Shown: positions 13,271 to 26,128 of the stretch, one piece after another
Position numbering within the stretch: position 1 is the first letter of the stretch
How the letters are laid out: every line of letters starts with the position of its first letter
NCBI GenBank assembly: GCA_949358305.1
Contig: OX442314.1
Location: forward strand, 7,068,001-7,132,000
Source: Strigamia acuminata
Lineage: Eukaryota
Reading direction: 5' to 3'
DNA: 64,000 bases
The notes under the pieces: generated by a model
Seen by the model: the letters and a program-made list of their open reading frames with translations, nothing else
Database searches by the model: none
What the model was told of the DNA's origin: nothing
Translations under genes and position numbers: made by a program

Positions 13271-13812
13271 GGTGACCAATCCGAGCTTTCAATCCGCGGA
13301 TCGGAGTGGGCGAATCCGCCGATTGATCCGAACAATCCACAATTTTTTTTTAATTGTTATTATTGAAATAACAATTAAAAAACCCATTAAAAATGACTTA
13401 AAATCGAGAAAATAAAACAATAAAAGCCCAACCGGCGCACGCAGCGACGAACAAATGACCAAAAAAGGCCTAAAACCGAATCGAGTGTTTATTTGCCCAG
13501 TCGGTTATAAGCCTTTTTTGATCGTTTGTTCGTCGCTGTTTGCTGCGTGCGCCAGTTCGGCTTTTTTTGTTTATTTTCTCGATTTTTAGTTGATTTGAAA
13601 GGGGAATTTAATCATTTTTAGGCAAAAAAAAAAAAAAAAAATGCATCCGCAATCCGCAATCCGCGGATTGATTGGGGATCGGATAGGATCGGAAAGGAAA
13701 GGCCAATCAGGAAATGCGGATCGGATCGAATCCGGATTTTTGATCCGCACTACTTTCAGATCGGATGCGGATTGGCCAGAATCCGCATCCAATCCGATCC
13801 GTTAACAAGCTT
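13271..13812. mobile_element. Fold-back/MITE-like element
   Basis: Long internal inverted repeat (~13400-13470 vs ~13512-13587), with atccg/cggat motif arrays at both ends. Confidence 0.6.
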
Positions 13813-13814
13813 AG

Positions 13815-14721
13815 TCCTACCCCAGGGTATCTTGTTCCTAAGTTGCACTGGGTAAAACCACGCCGTCAGAAGAATACAGATGATTTTTGTTTTTGTAACG
13901 ATTTTACCTGAAGTGCCATCCATTATCTGGTGTTTCCCGTTCCAAAATTGTTATGTAAACACCTGGCACGCTGCATATTGGTTTGTCCATAGTTTCCTTG
14001 AGCCTTCGATGAACATGATGTTCATAGAAACTTTCGTTTTTCACATACAGTGGAACGTAATCCTAAGTACACATATAATTAACAAAAAAAATACCATGAT
14101 AAATTAATTATTGTTTTTACCTCACGACCCTTTTCCACTTCCAAATTGTTTGACCCAAAATTCCAACGAACAAGAAATTGACGGAATCTTGAGAAACTCA
14201 TCACAATAACATGGCCCAAAAGTGCTAAAGATTTCACAAGCGGAGATGGTTCCTCAAAAGACTCTTTCATCAAATTAAGTGTTTCCACTGAATACATGTT
14301 TAAACTACTTTGGGGCTCGGAGTCAGTATAGTTTTAATTTTTTTCATTAGCCTATACCTGTATTGACGTAAATTTGCTGATGTAGAATTCAGATAATTTA
14401 TTCAATAATCAATTTGGCCAGCTGTCAGTGGGCTGATGGCAATTTAAATTAATTGTTTATTCATTTTCTACTCTTTTATCTTTCTTTTGCAGCTTTTGCA
14501 ACTAATTTAACAATATCGCAATGTTTCTTGAAAGCAGAGTGACGCAGCGGAAGTGGGCTAGGCTCAAAACACGAACAACACAATCAGCAATAATCTCCAA
14601 CTAATCTAACCCAAATTTAATTTTTATTTTATTTTATTTTAATTTTATGGCACTCTTTTTTCTTTATTTCTTGCACGCATGTGAATTGTTTTTGTCTTTT
14701 CTGGGGATGTAGTGCAGGAAA
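13815..14721. repeat. Segmental duplication of ~37588-38500 (upstream region plus exons 1-2 of the SPT2 paralog)
   Basis: Co-linear high similarity, including non-coding upstream sequence. Confidence 0.9.
13908..14297 (-). CDS. SPTLC2: Serine palmitoyltransferase 2-like paralog C, exons 1-2 (14121-14297, 13908-14062); remaining exons not in window
   Basis: Near-identical to exons 1-2 of paralog B, with the same lengths (177, 155 nt), intact GT-AG sites and an open frame. Confidence 0.8.
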
Positions 14722-15189
14722 AGTAAGATGTGTTTGTAGAAATGTGATTGTCATAAAATGTCTCATCTTTTCATACTTTTTTTTAAAAATATTTTTCTCA
14801 AATATTTTTAAATTTTTCGACATTTTGAAAAGTTTTCCCAGGTGGCCGCTAGGTCGAGACCGGTCGGGATCACATGACCAGACCTTTGATGTCGAAAAGG
14901 ACGACAAAAGGAAGGAATGGCATTCTTGTAGTGTCACAAATTAATTAATCAATTTTAAAACAATATTCATAGCCCTTTTAAATTTTTATTTTATTTAACA
15001 TGATTCCATTGATTTTTAAAATTGTTTTAATTTTTCTTTTCCAGTGGTGCCCAAGTTTCCAACTCCACTCGCACAGCTCATTTTCACATTTTCCAGATAT
15101 GGTGGTTCACAAGCTATTTTGCGATCGTTGTCAGGTTTACGGCCCGCAATAGACATTACATTTAGGACATTTTTTGAAATTTTCTGAAA

Positions 15190-15430
15190 TTTTTCTAAAT
15201 TTTCTGACATTTTTCTAAATTTTCTGACATGTTTCTAAATTTTCTGACATTTTTCTAAATTTTCTGACATTTTTCTAAATCTTTTGACATTTTTCTAAAT
15301 TTTCTGACATGTTTCTAAATTTTCTGACATTTTTCTAAATTTTCTGACATTATTCTAAATTTTCTGACATTTTTCTAAATTTTCTGACATGTTTCTAAAT
15401 TTTCTGACATTTTTTTCAAATTTTCTGTCA
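15190..15430. repeat. 20-bp minisatellite (ttttctaaattttctgacat)n, ~12 copies
   Basis: Direct head-to-tail repeats with no spacers. Confidence 0.95.
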
Positions 15431-16341
15431 TTTCTTTATGTTTTCTATTTTTATTTTAAATTTTCTGTCATTTTTTCAAATTTTCTCAGGTGGCCGCTAG
15501 ACAGAGATGAATCGAGCCCACATGACCAGACCATGATGACGAAAATGATGACAAAAGATGAAAATAAGTTTGTAGAAAAACTGTGAACAGGTGTGTTTCT
15601 CATTCCACTAAATAAATTTGTAATTTATAAATTCCAATCAGGTAGTGCCACAAAGTAAATGAATAAAATCATAAACATTTTAAATTTTTATGTATTTTAT
15701 TTTGGGCGGGGACCAAATGGGCGCGTCCTAAATACGTGCGCAAGTCAAATATGCGCATCAAATACGCGCGTCTTGAATGCGTGTCCTCAGATGCACGCGA
15801 TTCAAATGCGCGTGTCCTATATCCGCACATTTAGGACGCGAGCATATTAAATTAAATGGAAAATAACAAATGAAAAAACCAAACTCAAATGCCTGCAGGA
15901 GGCCATAGAATTTTTATGTTTTACTGTTCGCGGTACCACTCGCACAATTTCTGCAGCTGGGCCATCTCTCTCTTGACCAGTAGTAGGTCGTTGAGCGCCT
16001 GGTTCTTTGCCAGTTGCATAAATTGGAGTTTCTAGTTCATTTTTTTGCGTTCGCACCTCTCTGTGCGGCACTGTTCAGCACGATTCTCGGCCGTCAAATC
16101 GTCCAACTGACCACAAACCGGTCGGGCTCGAGCCAATCATTGCTCATGACCACGCCGCTGTTGCGGCCGAACACCACGGAGCGTTTGTGGAAGTCAGTGT
16201 GGTCGTCGACGAGCGCGAAGACCTCCAAGAGCAGTTTCTGGATGCAGTACATCTCCTCTTGAATGAATGACCCGGATTACCAGCTACTATACGACCACAA
16301 GGCTAGGAACTGAATGTTGTGTATTTATCGTTGATGAAGGT

Positions 16342-19034
16342 TGTGACGATGTCGGATTTGCATAACACAGTATGATGCGCGAGATAGTTGGCTAAGCTGG
16401 AAAAACAAGTGAACTAGAGAGAGGAGGTAAAATGAGTGAAACTGGTAATTATCAAGACATAAACATTTTATTCTAGGGATAAATATTAAACAGGAAATTT
16501 ATGCCGACAAATGTCTAGAATATTTATATGATTAAACCATACAATATCTTGGCTTCTTGAAGCCCTAAAATAATATCAGGTGGTAACTTCGGATTACAGG
16601 ATTTAACAGGTGTCATCAGAGTCGGTTGACTGTCATCTGGTTGAATTAAGGTGGTTCTAAGGTGTGTAAAGGTAATGAGGTGATCCGAGGCGTGCGGTTG
16701 TCTTTGCTGCATCGCCACAAACTCTATTAACCCTTCCAACCCGAAAGAATTTGTTTCCCATCTCTCCCTAAGATGGGCATTATATGACCCAGATTCTGCG
16801 CATGCGCAAAATCCGGGTTTTAGGGAATTCCGAACATCTAGCCAATGGGGTTAGATTGTCTATTCATGTAGTGAACGCCATATGGACGTGGTGGACATGA
16901 TTGACATTAGCGGAGCCTGCTGATGATCATACTTTTTGACCTTTGGACTCCTAAGATGGGTCTTTTTTGACCCAGTTAAACTTTGAGTTCAAATTACAGA
17001 AAAACTTAAAAAATTAAAAAAATTTCAACTGTGGTATAGTGTCTAGTGATGTTTCAAAGGAATAGTCAGCAAAAATCAGATAAAAAAAAAATTTATTTGT
17101 TATAAAAAAAATGATTTTTTTAAAACGGGGTCACAAAATGACCCATCTCAGGGTTGGAAGGGTTAATAAATTCCTCGGAATTTATATCGTGACTTGGGTA
17201 ATTGTTGCGTATGTGCAAGTTACTACGTAACAATACAGTGTAGTTGTGGTTTAGGGTTAAATAAATTACTTGTAATTTATTCCCGTGATCCAAACTATTT
17301 CATTTGATGTCCAAGTTTAAGTGAAGTTGCTAATAAATTTATTACCAAATTCAACTCTGGAAAAGCTGAAAAGTACAAAAGGTTAGAACGTCGTGATGCC
17401 TTTTCACCAAGCTTATCGGCAGCCTTGGTTTACGGCATCTGGCACTCGTTGTTGTACACATTGTGGTGACCCAGTTGGATAAGTGTCCCCCCATAGCGGA
17501 TACTTGCCCTCTGAGTCACTATGATTGAAGAGTCGTTCCCCCCGAGTTGGCTCCACCTCCCCATAGCAGGTGTGTGCCCCGAGGGGAAGGAAGCGGCTGG
17601 TGGTCAGCCCCGATTGGTTGATCACCGGCCCTTCACCCCACTGCATAAAAGGCTGTGTTTCCCGCCTAAAAGACAGAACTTACACAAAACGACACCAAGA
17701 ACACAGCAACTACCTCACCGTCAGGCCAACTTCAACTACAAGTTAGGATTGATCGAGGATCGCTGAGTAAAGTGCAAACTGTAACTCTCACGAAGTCACT
17801 TGAGAGCTATTCCGGCGAAAGCAAGCGAATAGCCCTTGTGAAATCGCCCAGAATAATCGCCCATACGATTATTCGCCGAAGTAAGCGTCTGTGTGCTTTG
17901 TTAGGAACCCCTAAGTTCTCAAACGAGGCCTCTGCGACGCTAAACCAAAAACCTAGACAACAGGCACGGATAGAAGACTCGAAAGAGCATTCCACCGCGT
18001 CCGTAACGATGAATCCGTGACGAATTAACGACAACTCGAGACGCCGCCTTTATTTCGCCGACCACGCGGAACCGACGACGCCATCTTGAGAAATCCTTTG
18101 TTCGACTCTGACCAAGTCGACTTTAGAATTATTATTAAGTGTATTTTAAGGCATAAAGCCTAGTGAATAAATTATCTGTTTATTTACATACATTTAGTAG
18201 TTATTTGGGTATTTGCATAATTGATCACAGGTAAAGTATTACACGTTAGCGCTATTTAAACCTATACCAAGTAGGACGCGACAACATGATGAAAAATACC
18301 ACACCCGAGGGAACTTTTCCTGCGACCCCGGATGCAGTCTCCTCACGGCCACGCGGCCGTCAACAACGAACCCGGCCGGGATGGTATTGCTCCATCATCC
18401 CGCCCAGAATAACGTCGGTTGCAGGTTCTCATCTGCCTGCAGAATAGTAGAAATGTTGGCCTGTGTAAAATGTTACACAAACCAACCTGAAGCAGAAGTA
18501 GAAGCAGTAGAAGGGCTCAAGTAAGTATCAGTGTTTCACAATATAATATCAAGACAAGAGCGAGTTATTTTCGGTTGGCAGGGAAATATGAAGACAGTGG
18601 AGACAATAGTTTGACTATTTCTCCAATGAGAACGTTGCTCAAGGAAATTCATCCAATCCTTGCTTGCAGGGATTGGATACACAGAGCAGGTGCTTTCTAC
18701 TAAGTCCGCACAGGAACGGGATACTGAAGTCACTTATGGGTGAGGGTTGTTTTGTTCTCAGCTGAACTCAACACAGATGCAAGGGGAGGTTAATTGCTTT
18801 GTTAATCCTATAATGGTCAAGTTTGGCTAATTTCCTTGGAAATTAGTTGTTTTTTGTTTATTCTGGCTATAAAACTTGATTTATAGCTAATATTTATTTA
18901 AGGTTCTTCAAAAGTGGTTAAATAAATGCATTTTATGTATTTATTTACTTTTAACTTGAATTTAGCGCTCATTTCGAACAGCGCCATCTATTGACAAATT
19001 TCGTGGCTTTTAATAAGAGGGCGCAACCGTTACA
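16342..19034. mobile_element. Probable long solo LTR (~2.26 kb without the nested MITE) inserted in the Gypsy B 3' LTR
   Basis: TGTGACG...CGTTACA termini. It interrupts the Gypsy B LTR cleanly, with an imperfect 4-bp TSD aggt/cggt and no coding content. Confidence 0.7.
16731..17162. mobile_element. piggyBac-type MITE
   Basis: TTAA on both sides, TIR cccttccaaccc/gggttggaaggg and subterminal ctaagatggg...tgaccc repeats. Confidence 0.85.
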
Positions 19035-19333
19035 CGGTAGTGGTCAAGAAAACAACATGTCAGCTAAGCTAAACTAAAGTGACTGATTTATTCAAGAATT
19101 ACAATATAGGTGGCGCTGCTTTTAAAAGCGCCGAAACATGACGATTGGTCAAGATTGACCTATGGAGTAGGACACTCCAACATCCCCTTTAATTGGGAGA
19201 AACACCAATTATACAAATCAAGGAAAGAATTAAACAAATTAAACATATGTATATAAAAGCTAATAATAAAAAACATAGTTGAAATTTAAACAAATACAAA
19301 ATAAAGTTAATTATCACAAAACACGCACAAATA

Positions 19334-19917
19334 TTAATTTGGTGGAAAACCGAAGAAGTCCGTTTGCTTCCTGTTTCGAACGAGTCGAGGACTGCGGGCA
19401 GTAGGAACTGGAGCACTCGAGCCAGCAATTGCAGGTGGCGATGGCGCACAGACGGGCAACGGTGGTGCGTGTGTCGGAGCAACGTTTTGAGGAACGACAG
19501 CGTGTGGAACGGCAAGTATTGGATCAGGTACGGGCACAGGCGGTGCAGTTGGTTGAGAAGTGATGGAAAAAGGAAGAAGAGAACTTCTTCAATCTTTCCC
19601 CCCATTTTGTGGCAACAAACTCGGATCTGCGCGACGTCGCAACTGGTCAATGTGTCGGTTCCACGTCACATCGAGAGCGACTTCGACATCGTAAGTAGAC
19701 GAGGAAGTCTTCTTTTTAACTATACCGGGTATCCACTTGGGAGTACCTCGATAATCCCGCGCGAACACGAGGTCCCCAACTTCAAAACGGCGTGGAATGT
19801 CAATTTGGTCGACATCTGGCAGAAGTCGTGGATTCAGCAAATGTAGGCGCGTCCGCATCTCACGCTGGAGGAAGGCGACAGCTAGTGAAACTTTCGTCGT
19901 AGCGTGTGGAGTCGAGC
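19334..19917 (-). pseudogene. Gypsy B integrase C-terminal remnant
   Basis: RTRLHLLNP...FEVGDLVFARDY...KWIPG...RHIDQLR plus a Pro-rich tail, on the other side of the Copia insertion. Confidence 0.8.
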
Positions 19918-20967
19918 GATACTGTTATCTTATTGTGTATGTTAACTTTACCATGTGTGTATTGTATTATCAATCGACAGTGTTCCTTTCAATATATGAG
20001 TGTTTGTTTACGTTCGCACAAATAGGTGCGATCATTAATGTATATTATTGCTATGTCATGCCAACAGGTGGCACTGTATACCCAAGGAGTCACGTGACAT
20101 ATGAATAAAGTTCTCACTCTATGTTATGCTTTGAACCACAAAAGGTCTTGTGTGTTTCTTTCCAATTAGGAGTTTTTCCACACCACTGTGTTATGAGTAA
20201 ATCCACACCATTATTTACCGGGATTTAACAAGGTTATGGGCCACAATAACGAAGGAAAAACGTCCACAGTGAATTTGAAGCATTTAGAGGTCAGAAGTGA
20301 ATTTTCCTCCAAATCCAATATGGCGGAGCCCATGGTAGAAGTAAACAAGTTGTCTTCTTGCCTGGATTTCACGGATTTCGAGCCGACAATTGGATGCCAA
20401 GCAGTGCAGGATCATTGACGGGTTCGAAAATAACAATTGACATTTTATTTAAACGTTTTTCTTCCTTTTTTGGAAATTTTGTCCACGTATCGCGAGGTGC
20501 GATACGTATCGTCAACACGACGATATTTTCGGCTGGAAAACGTAGGCGATACGTCGGCGACTCCACCAGTCAACCACACGCGAAGTGTGAATTCAAATCG
20601 CCAGGAAATAACGTGAAAAACGACGGACAATTTTGCGAACAGTTTGTGCAACGGAGAAACGACACGACGTTCGAAGAACGAGACGAAATTCGAGAAAAGA
20701 ACAATACTGGGTTTCAACTACACGTGAAGTGTAACCAAACGAGGAATACAACGGGAAAACATCAAATTTATGAACAATATCAGTGTTTATTTCGAATACA
20801 ATTTGAATACATTTATTAGCTTAGTACTGTGTTAGGATTTACTACTAACTTATCTATAAGAGCGAACTAACATCACAACTTTGCACTTTGTTGTGATTAA
20901 CCAGTACAGAAAGTGTTTTTGGGGTGGTTTGTGTACAAAATTGCTACTATTTTGCTACTATTTTGCC

Positions 20968-22504
20968 ATGGATTCGGACAAATTAGAACGGAAAGTGACA
21001 TTACTGAACAGAACCAACTATGACACGTGGAAACAGCAGGTTAAGGTTTTGTTGATGCATCATGGTTGCTGGGCCTTCACGGATGGCTCAGAAGAAGCAT
21101 TGGCACCAGGAGCATCATGGCGGGACCGTTCCGACTATAAGCTGAGAAAAGGCAGAGCTTTTAGTCTCATCTACTACTCCATCGAGGAGCAATACCACGA
21201 ATTGCTCAGTGGCGTTGAAGATGCGAAATTAGCCTGGAACACACTAAAACTGAACTTTGAACCGGTTTCTCGTGCACGCATTATACGTTTGCTGGACGAA
21301 TTTTTCAATTTAAAATACGACAAGGAAACGGAAACGATTGGAGTATTCGCAGCGAAAATACGAAATGCAGCGAGAAAATTAGCGGATGTTAAACATCAAT
21401 TGGACAATCTTTATCAAGCTTTCCAGCTGATACGATATTTGCCGCAGGAATATCAATCCATCGTACAAGCTATCTATAGATGGGAGGATGCGAATTTCAC
21501 TTTAGAGAAAGTCGAGGCCGAACTGGTTGCGGAAGAAGGACGTCTAGCCCAACAAAAGAGGGATTCGGGCCAGGGGCCAATCATTGACGCCTTCAGCACA
21601 GGACAGGGTTCCGCCAACACAAAGAATAGTGATAATTCAAAACCTCAACAACAAGGGAACTTTAGCCAAAACAACCGCGGATTTCAAAGTGGACAAAAGG
21701 GCGGCAAATCAAATTATCGAGGTGGCAAGAACACGAGAGCAAATTTCAGAGGAAATACGACCGGGTCAACGGGACGGGGGCCGTGTTTCCGGTGCAATCA
21801 ACATGGACATTGGGCCAAAGACTGCACAGCACAATTGCAATTGGCGCCAACTAGCAACATGAAGTCAAATACGGTTGAAGAACTTGACACCGCCATGTTG
21901 GATGTGGGATTTCTCACAGAAATAAGTGAACAAGAGATGTTGCAGTGCAGCGGAACCAACAACTGCTGGATTTATGACACTGGGGCCACCGGGCATTTCT
22001 GCAAAGACAGAAATCAATTTCACAATTTTCGGGAGATGACGGGAACGATCAGTCAAGCTGACAAGAAGACACTCATCCAAATCCAAGGAGTTGGAGATGT
22101 CTGCATCATGTGCCTGGTTGGGACAGAGACAATTCCCATCACACTAAAAAAGGTTTATTATGCGCCGGACTTGCGAAGAAACCTATTGTCTGGGCCGTGC
22201 ATTGATGAGGCGAGATGTCGAGTAGCTGTGGGTGCGGGTTTAGTAAAGATTTACGACCCACAATGGAAACGGCAGTTAATGCAAGGAGTCAAGAAGGACA
22301 GACTCTATTATATCCAACTCAGCGATGAAAAACCCGACATCGAAAAATTGAAACAAAAGGAGACGACTAGGGCTAATACGGGTGAAGAGAAGAGACAACA
22401 ATCTTCTCAATCAAGCAAAACAGCTTCCAGTCCAGAAGAAGCACGACTTTGGCACGAGCGACTTGGACATATCCATTTCCCTAGCGTGCAACAAATGAGC
22501 AAGA
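20968..22504 (+). CDS. gag-pol: Copia gag-protease-pre-integrase, interrupted by the mini LTR element
   Basis: LNRTNYDTWK, knuckle CFRCNQHGHWAKDC, protease WIYDTGATGH and LWHERLGH. Confidence 0.92.
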
Positions 22505-22952
22505 TGTTGAATCCGGAGTTAATTAAAATCGAGTCCGTTGCACAACTAAATATCGTGTTTATTTGCCACTTGATCACAATTATACTTGCGTATTAAATAC
22601 ACTGATTTTGACAGTTCTGTTCATTCGCTTTCTCGCTTATAAATTGCTACGTGTTTACATTTCGAGTTCGTTTGTAATTCTAAATTCTTACAATTCCACA
22701 TATTATTATAACACGTTTCATTCTTATGTTACAATCAAAGACTCTTATGCATAACTTCGATTATTCTATACAATGACGGAATTTATAGATGGTTTTTACA
22801 ATTAACTCGGTTCAATATCCAACATCTCCCCAGACATTTGACACATTTCAAATTTCTTTACGAATACGACGACGCCACTTAGGCGTGCTGGACATCGGGT
22901 ATGGTTGATAAGCTTTCGTTGATGCAATTGTTGTTGTTGTTATAGCTGATGC

Positions 22953-23001
<49 letters not shown>

Positions 23002-24809
23002 CTCCGTGTTTGCTTCAGGCATCCAATTAATTGGTATCCTACATTGATTGAACGACGTTGCTTCGTTCACAGGACGTTGTCCAAACTCACGTTGTTGCGT
23101 ATTGATACTCCGCATGCATACCCTCGCTAGGTGGCCGACACCACCACACGAGCAGCATTTGGCCTTGATAAATGGGCATCGCACGTCCTTGTGGTCACCA
23201 CCACAACGTATGCATTTTCCTGCCAATTGGTCAACTGTCGCCGATGGACACCCATCAGTGCAAACAGGGCCAGATACGTCAGCGAATCTCCTGGACCTCC
23301 CTCTTCCCGGGGGGAAAGAACCTCTGCCACGACCGGGATCAAAGGGATATTGTCTGGAGTTTGCATCGACTTGATAAACGCCCGCAGACACCACTTGCGA
23401 TGACCTCTGCAGATCCGCAGAAGCCGAACCAAGCTCAGTGTTGCGTACTTTCTTGTAAATTAATTGCAGTTGTGTTTCCTTGTAATGGTCTAATCCCAAT
23501 ACCAACTCATGGACCTCTTCGCCGAGACTTCCTTCGTTTATTTTCATCTGCGCGACAATTTCCTTCATCTTGTTCTCCAAGTCTGCATCTTGGTTGATAT
23601 TTTCAATCAATTTTCTCTGCAATTCGCTCATCTCATTATCATATTCGTTTTTTACTTTCTCCGTTTCTATTTGCTTCTGCTCGAGCTTCGTCTGCATGGC
23701 TTGAAGTGTTGAATGCATTTGGATTTCCACATGTTTCGTTTCAAAACTCCGTTCTTGTTGTAATGTTTCTAGCTGACCACTCTTAAACTTCATTTGAATC
23801 TCGAGGTCTTGTACTTTGGCTTGGTGTATTTTAAGTTCTGCATCCAATTTGCTCAGCGACTTGAGCGCGTCTTTGATGCACAATTCCTCTATTCTGTGTT
23901 GCTCGTCTTGGAATTTCATCGCGTCGCCCATCAAATTGTTGGTCAAGCTTCGTTTCTCTTTGGCGTGTTCCTGCATGTCTTTGCGGATGGTTTTCATCAG
24001 TTTGTCCGTCAATTCCTTCACGTTGCTCGAGCCCACGTCCTGCTTGCGTTTCAAACTCTTTTTCGGTTGCGCCAGGCAGTTCGTGTTGTTGTTTTTGAAT
24101 CCTTCAACGAGCGCCACGAGGAATTTCGTTCGTTCGCGTTGCACCATTCGGTTGTGTTCGGTGAAAACCTGCACAATTTCCGCGAGCAGTTGGTCCCGTT
24201 CTAATTGGATTTGCAGGACAAGTTCGTTGCGCTTGCAGTTAAGCATGTCGTCCAGTTTTTTACGCTTGGAGTCCATAAACGAATTGGGTTCAATCGTGGC
24301 CACCATTTTTCCTCGTTCGTAATTTGATTCGTTTGTTGCTTTGGTCAGCTATAGATGCAAAGAGTAGTACATCAGTTTCGAATATTAAACGCAATTAAAT
24401 TAAAATTGATACATATCTCGACCAAAAACGAGCTTCGATGCGGCCCGTGAGTTCGTCCTCAATCGAACGTGTTCGACTCGTCGCCAACTTGTTGAATCCG
24501 GAGTTAATTAAAATCGAGTCCGTTGCACAACTAAATATCGTGTTTATTTGCCACTTGATCACAATTATACTTGCGTATTAAATACACTGATTTTGACAGT
24601 TCTGTTCATTCGCTTTCTCGCTTATAAATTGCTACGTGTTTACATTTCGAGTTCGTTTGTAATTCTAAATTCTTACAATTCCACATATTATTATAACACG
24701 TTTCATTCTTATGTTACAATCAAAGACTCTTATGCATAACTTCGATTATTCTATACAATGACGGAATTTATAGATGGTTTTTACAATTAACTCGGTTCAA
24801 TATCCAACA
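22505..24809 (-). mobile_element. Non-autonomous mini LTR element (2305 bp) with a single ORF
   Basis: Apparently identical 320-bp TG..CA LTRs (22505-22824, 24490-24809), TSD caaga, PBS TGGCGACGAG at 24477-24486 and PPT GGGGAGA. Confidence 0.95.
22879..24306 (-). CDS. 475-aa coiled-coil protein fused to Gag nucleocapsid zinc knuckles, with poly-Asn tail
   Basis: The N-terminal ~275 aa are K/E/Q/L-rich with heptad-like character. The C-terminal CIRCGGDH...CCSCGGVGHLARVC is homologous to Gypsy A Gag. Confidence 0.85.
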
Positions 24810-24814
24810 CAAGA

Positions 24815-26128
24815 CAGAAGCGGTAATTGGACTGCCCGTGCTCGACGTACCAATCACACAGTGCAAAGAAGAAATCAGTGTCGCACAAGTCAATTCCGGG
24901 AATTAGGTCGAAGGGGCCGTTGGAACTTTTGCACATGGATGTGTGCGGGGCGTTTGGAACTCCCACACTATCAGGAAACAGATATTTTCTCACCATCACG
25001 GATGACTATTCACGATACTCGACAGTTTATCTGATGAAACAAAAGGACGAAGTATTCGAGTTATTTAAGAAGCATGTGAAACGAATTGAGCGCCTACTCG
25101 GAAAATCGATTTTAGCCATACGAACAGACAATGGCATGGAGTTCTGTTCCAACAAATTCGGACAGTACCTTGAGGAACAGGGAATTGCACACGAGAGAAC
25201 AAACGCGTACACACCAGTTCAGAACGGAGTTTCTGAAAGATTAAACCAGACATTGGCGAATGGGATGCGAGCTCTTGTGTACGATGCACAATTGGAACAC
25301 CGATTTTGGGGTGAAGCGATTTTGACATTCAACTACCTCAGGAACAGAATTGCCAAGCTAAATTCCGAGAAGACGCCAATGGAACTTTATTATGGCAGAA
25401 AACCATCTTTGCGTCATTTGAGAAAGTTTGGAAGTCTCTGCTTTGTGCAGAAGAAAGTACGAGACGGAAAGATAGACAATAAGGGCATACATGGAATTAT
25501 GCTCGGATATTCAAGAATTACTAAAGGATACAGGATTTGGCTGCCAGAATTTTCGAAAGTCATAGAAACAAACGACGTTAAATTCGTGGAAAGCAGACGC
25601 GGAGTTGAAGGCGTGCTGGGCCTACCGGAGAAGTACACCACGTACATTGACAATTTAAATGACAATTTGGAGAATGATGATCGTCAATACTACTCCGACG
25701 AGGACGTTAGACCACCGCTACCTCCGCCGCAACCGATTAAGAAGAGAGAGGAAGAAGAATTGCCACAACTAAAGTTGAAGTTTAGATTACCTGAAGAAAA
25801 GCTTCGACCAAAACCCAATATACCTGGAGCTGAAGCAGGAATACAATTGCAAGCCATCTTACCTCAACCTGGACAAGTACTTCCAAACCCAGCTGCAACG
25901 ATACCCGCACTCGTTTGGAAGAAGACTGAGAAGACAAGGGCGACAGGACAGAAGGATTATGAATACACCATTGAGGGGTATGACAAGCCAAAGTTGCGAT
26001 CAATACCAGATGTCAAGCGATATTGCACGGATCATAATCTTCAAGTCCCCGATCACCTTTTCGAAGATAAGAGGAAAAAGAAGCAATCCGAATCAAATAT
26101 GACACAAGATGATTTCGACACGTTTTGA
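24815..26128 (+). CDS. Copia integrase plus MBD-like domain; frameshift near 24865
   Basis: LELLHMDVCG, IRTDNGMEF, TPVQNGVSER and GIMLGYS...KGYRIW. Confidence 0.9.

Noticed and set aside
15190..15430. Regular 20-bp repeats (also 60215-60360, 62300-62570) as possible CRISPR-like arrays
   Set aside because: Head-to-tail minisatellites with no unique spacers, no cas genes and a eukaryotic context.
15870..16310. Coding-like GC-richer segment flanking Gypsy B (continues ~31849-32170)
   Set aside because: It has stops and no recognisable motif. Probably a decayed TE, but it cannot be assigned.
20358..20819. 153-aa ORF in the Copia leader
   Set aside because: Non-ATG start, no motifs, and located in the 5' UTR.
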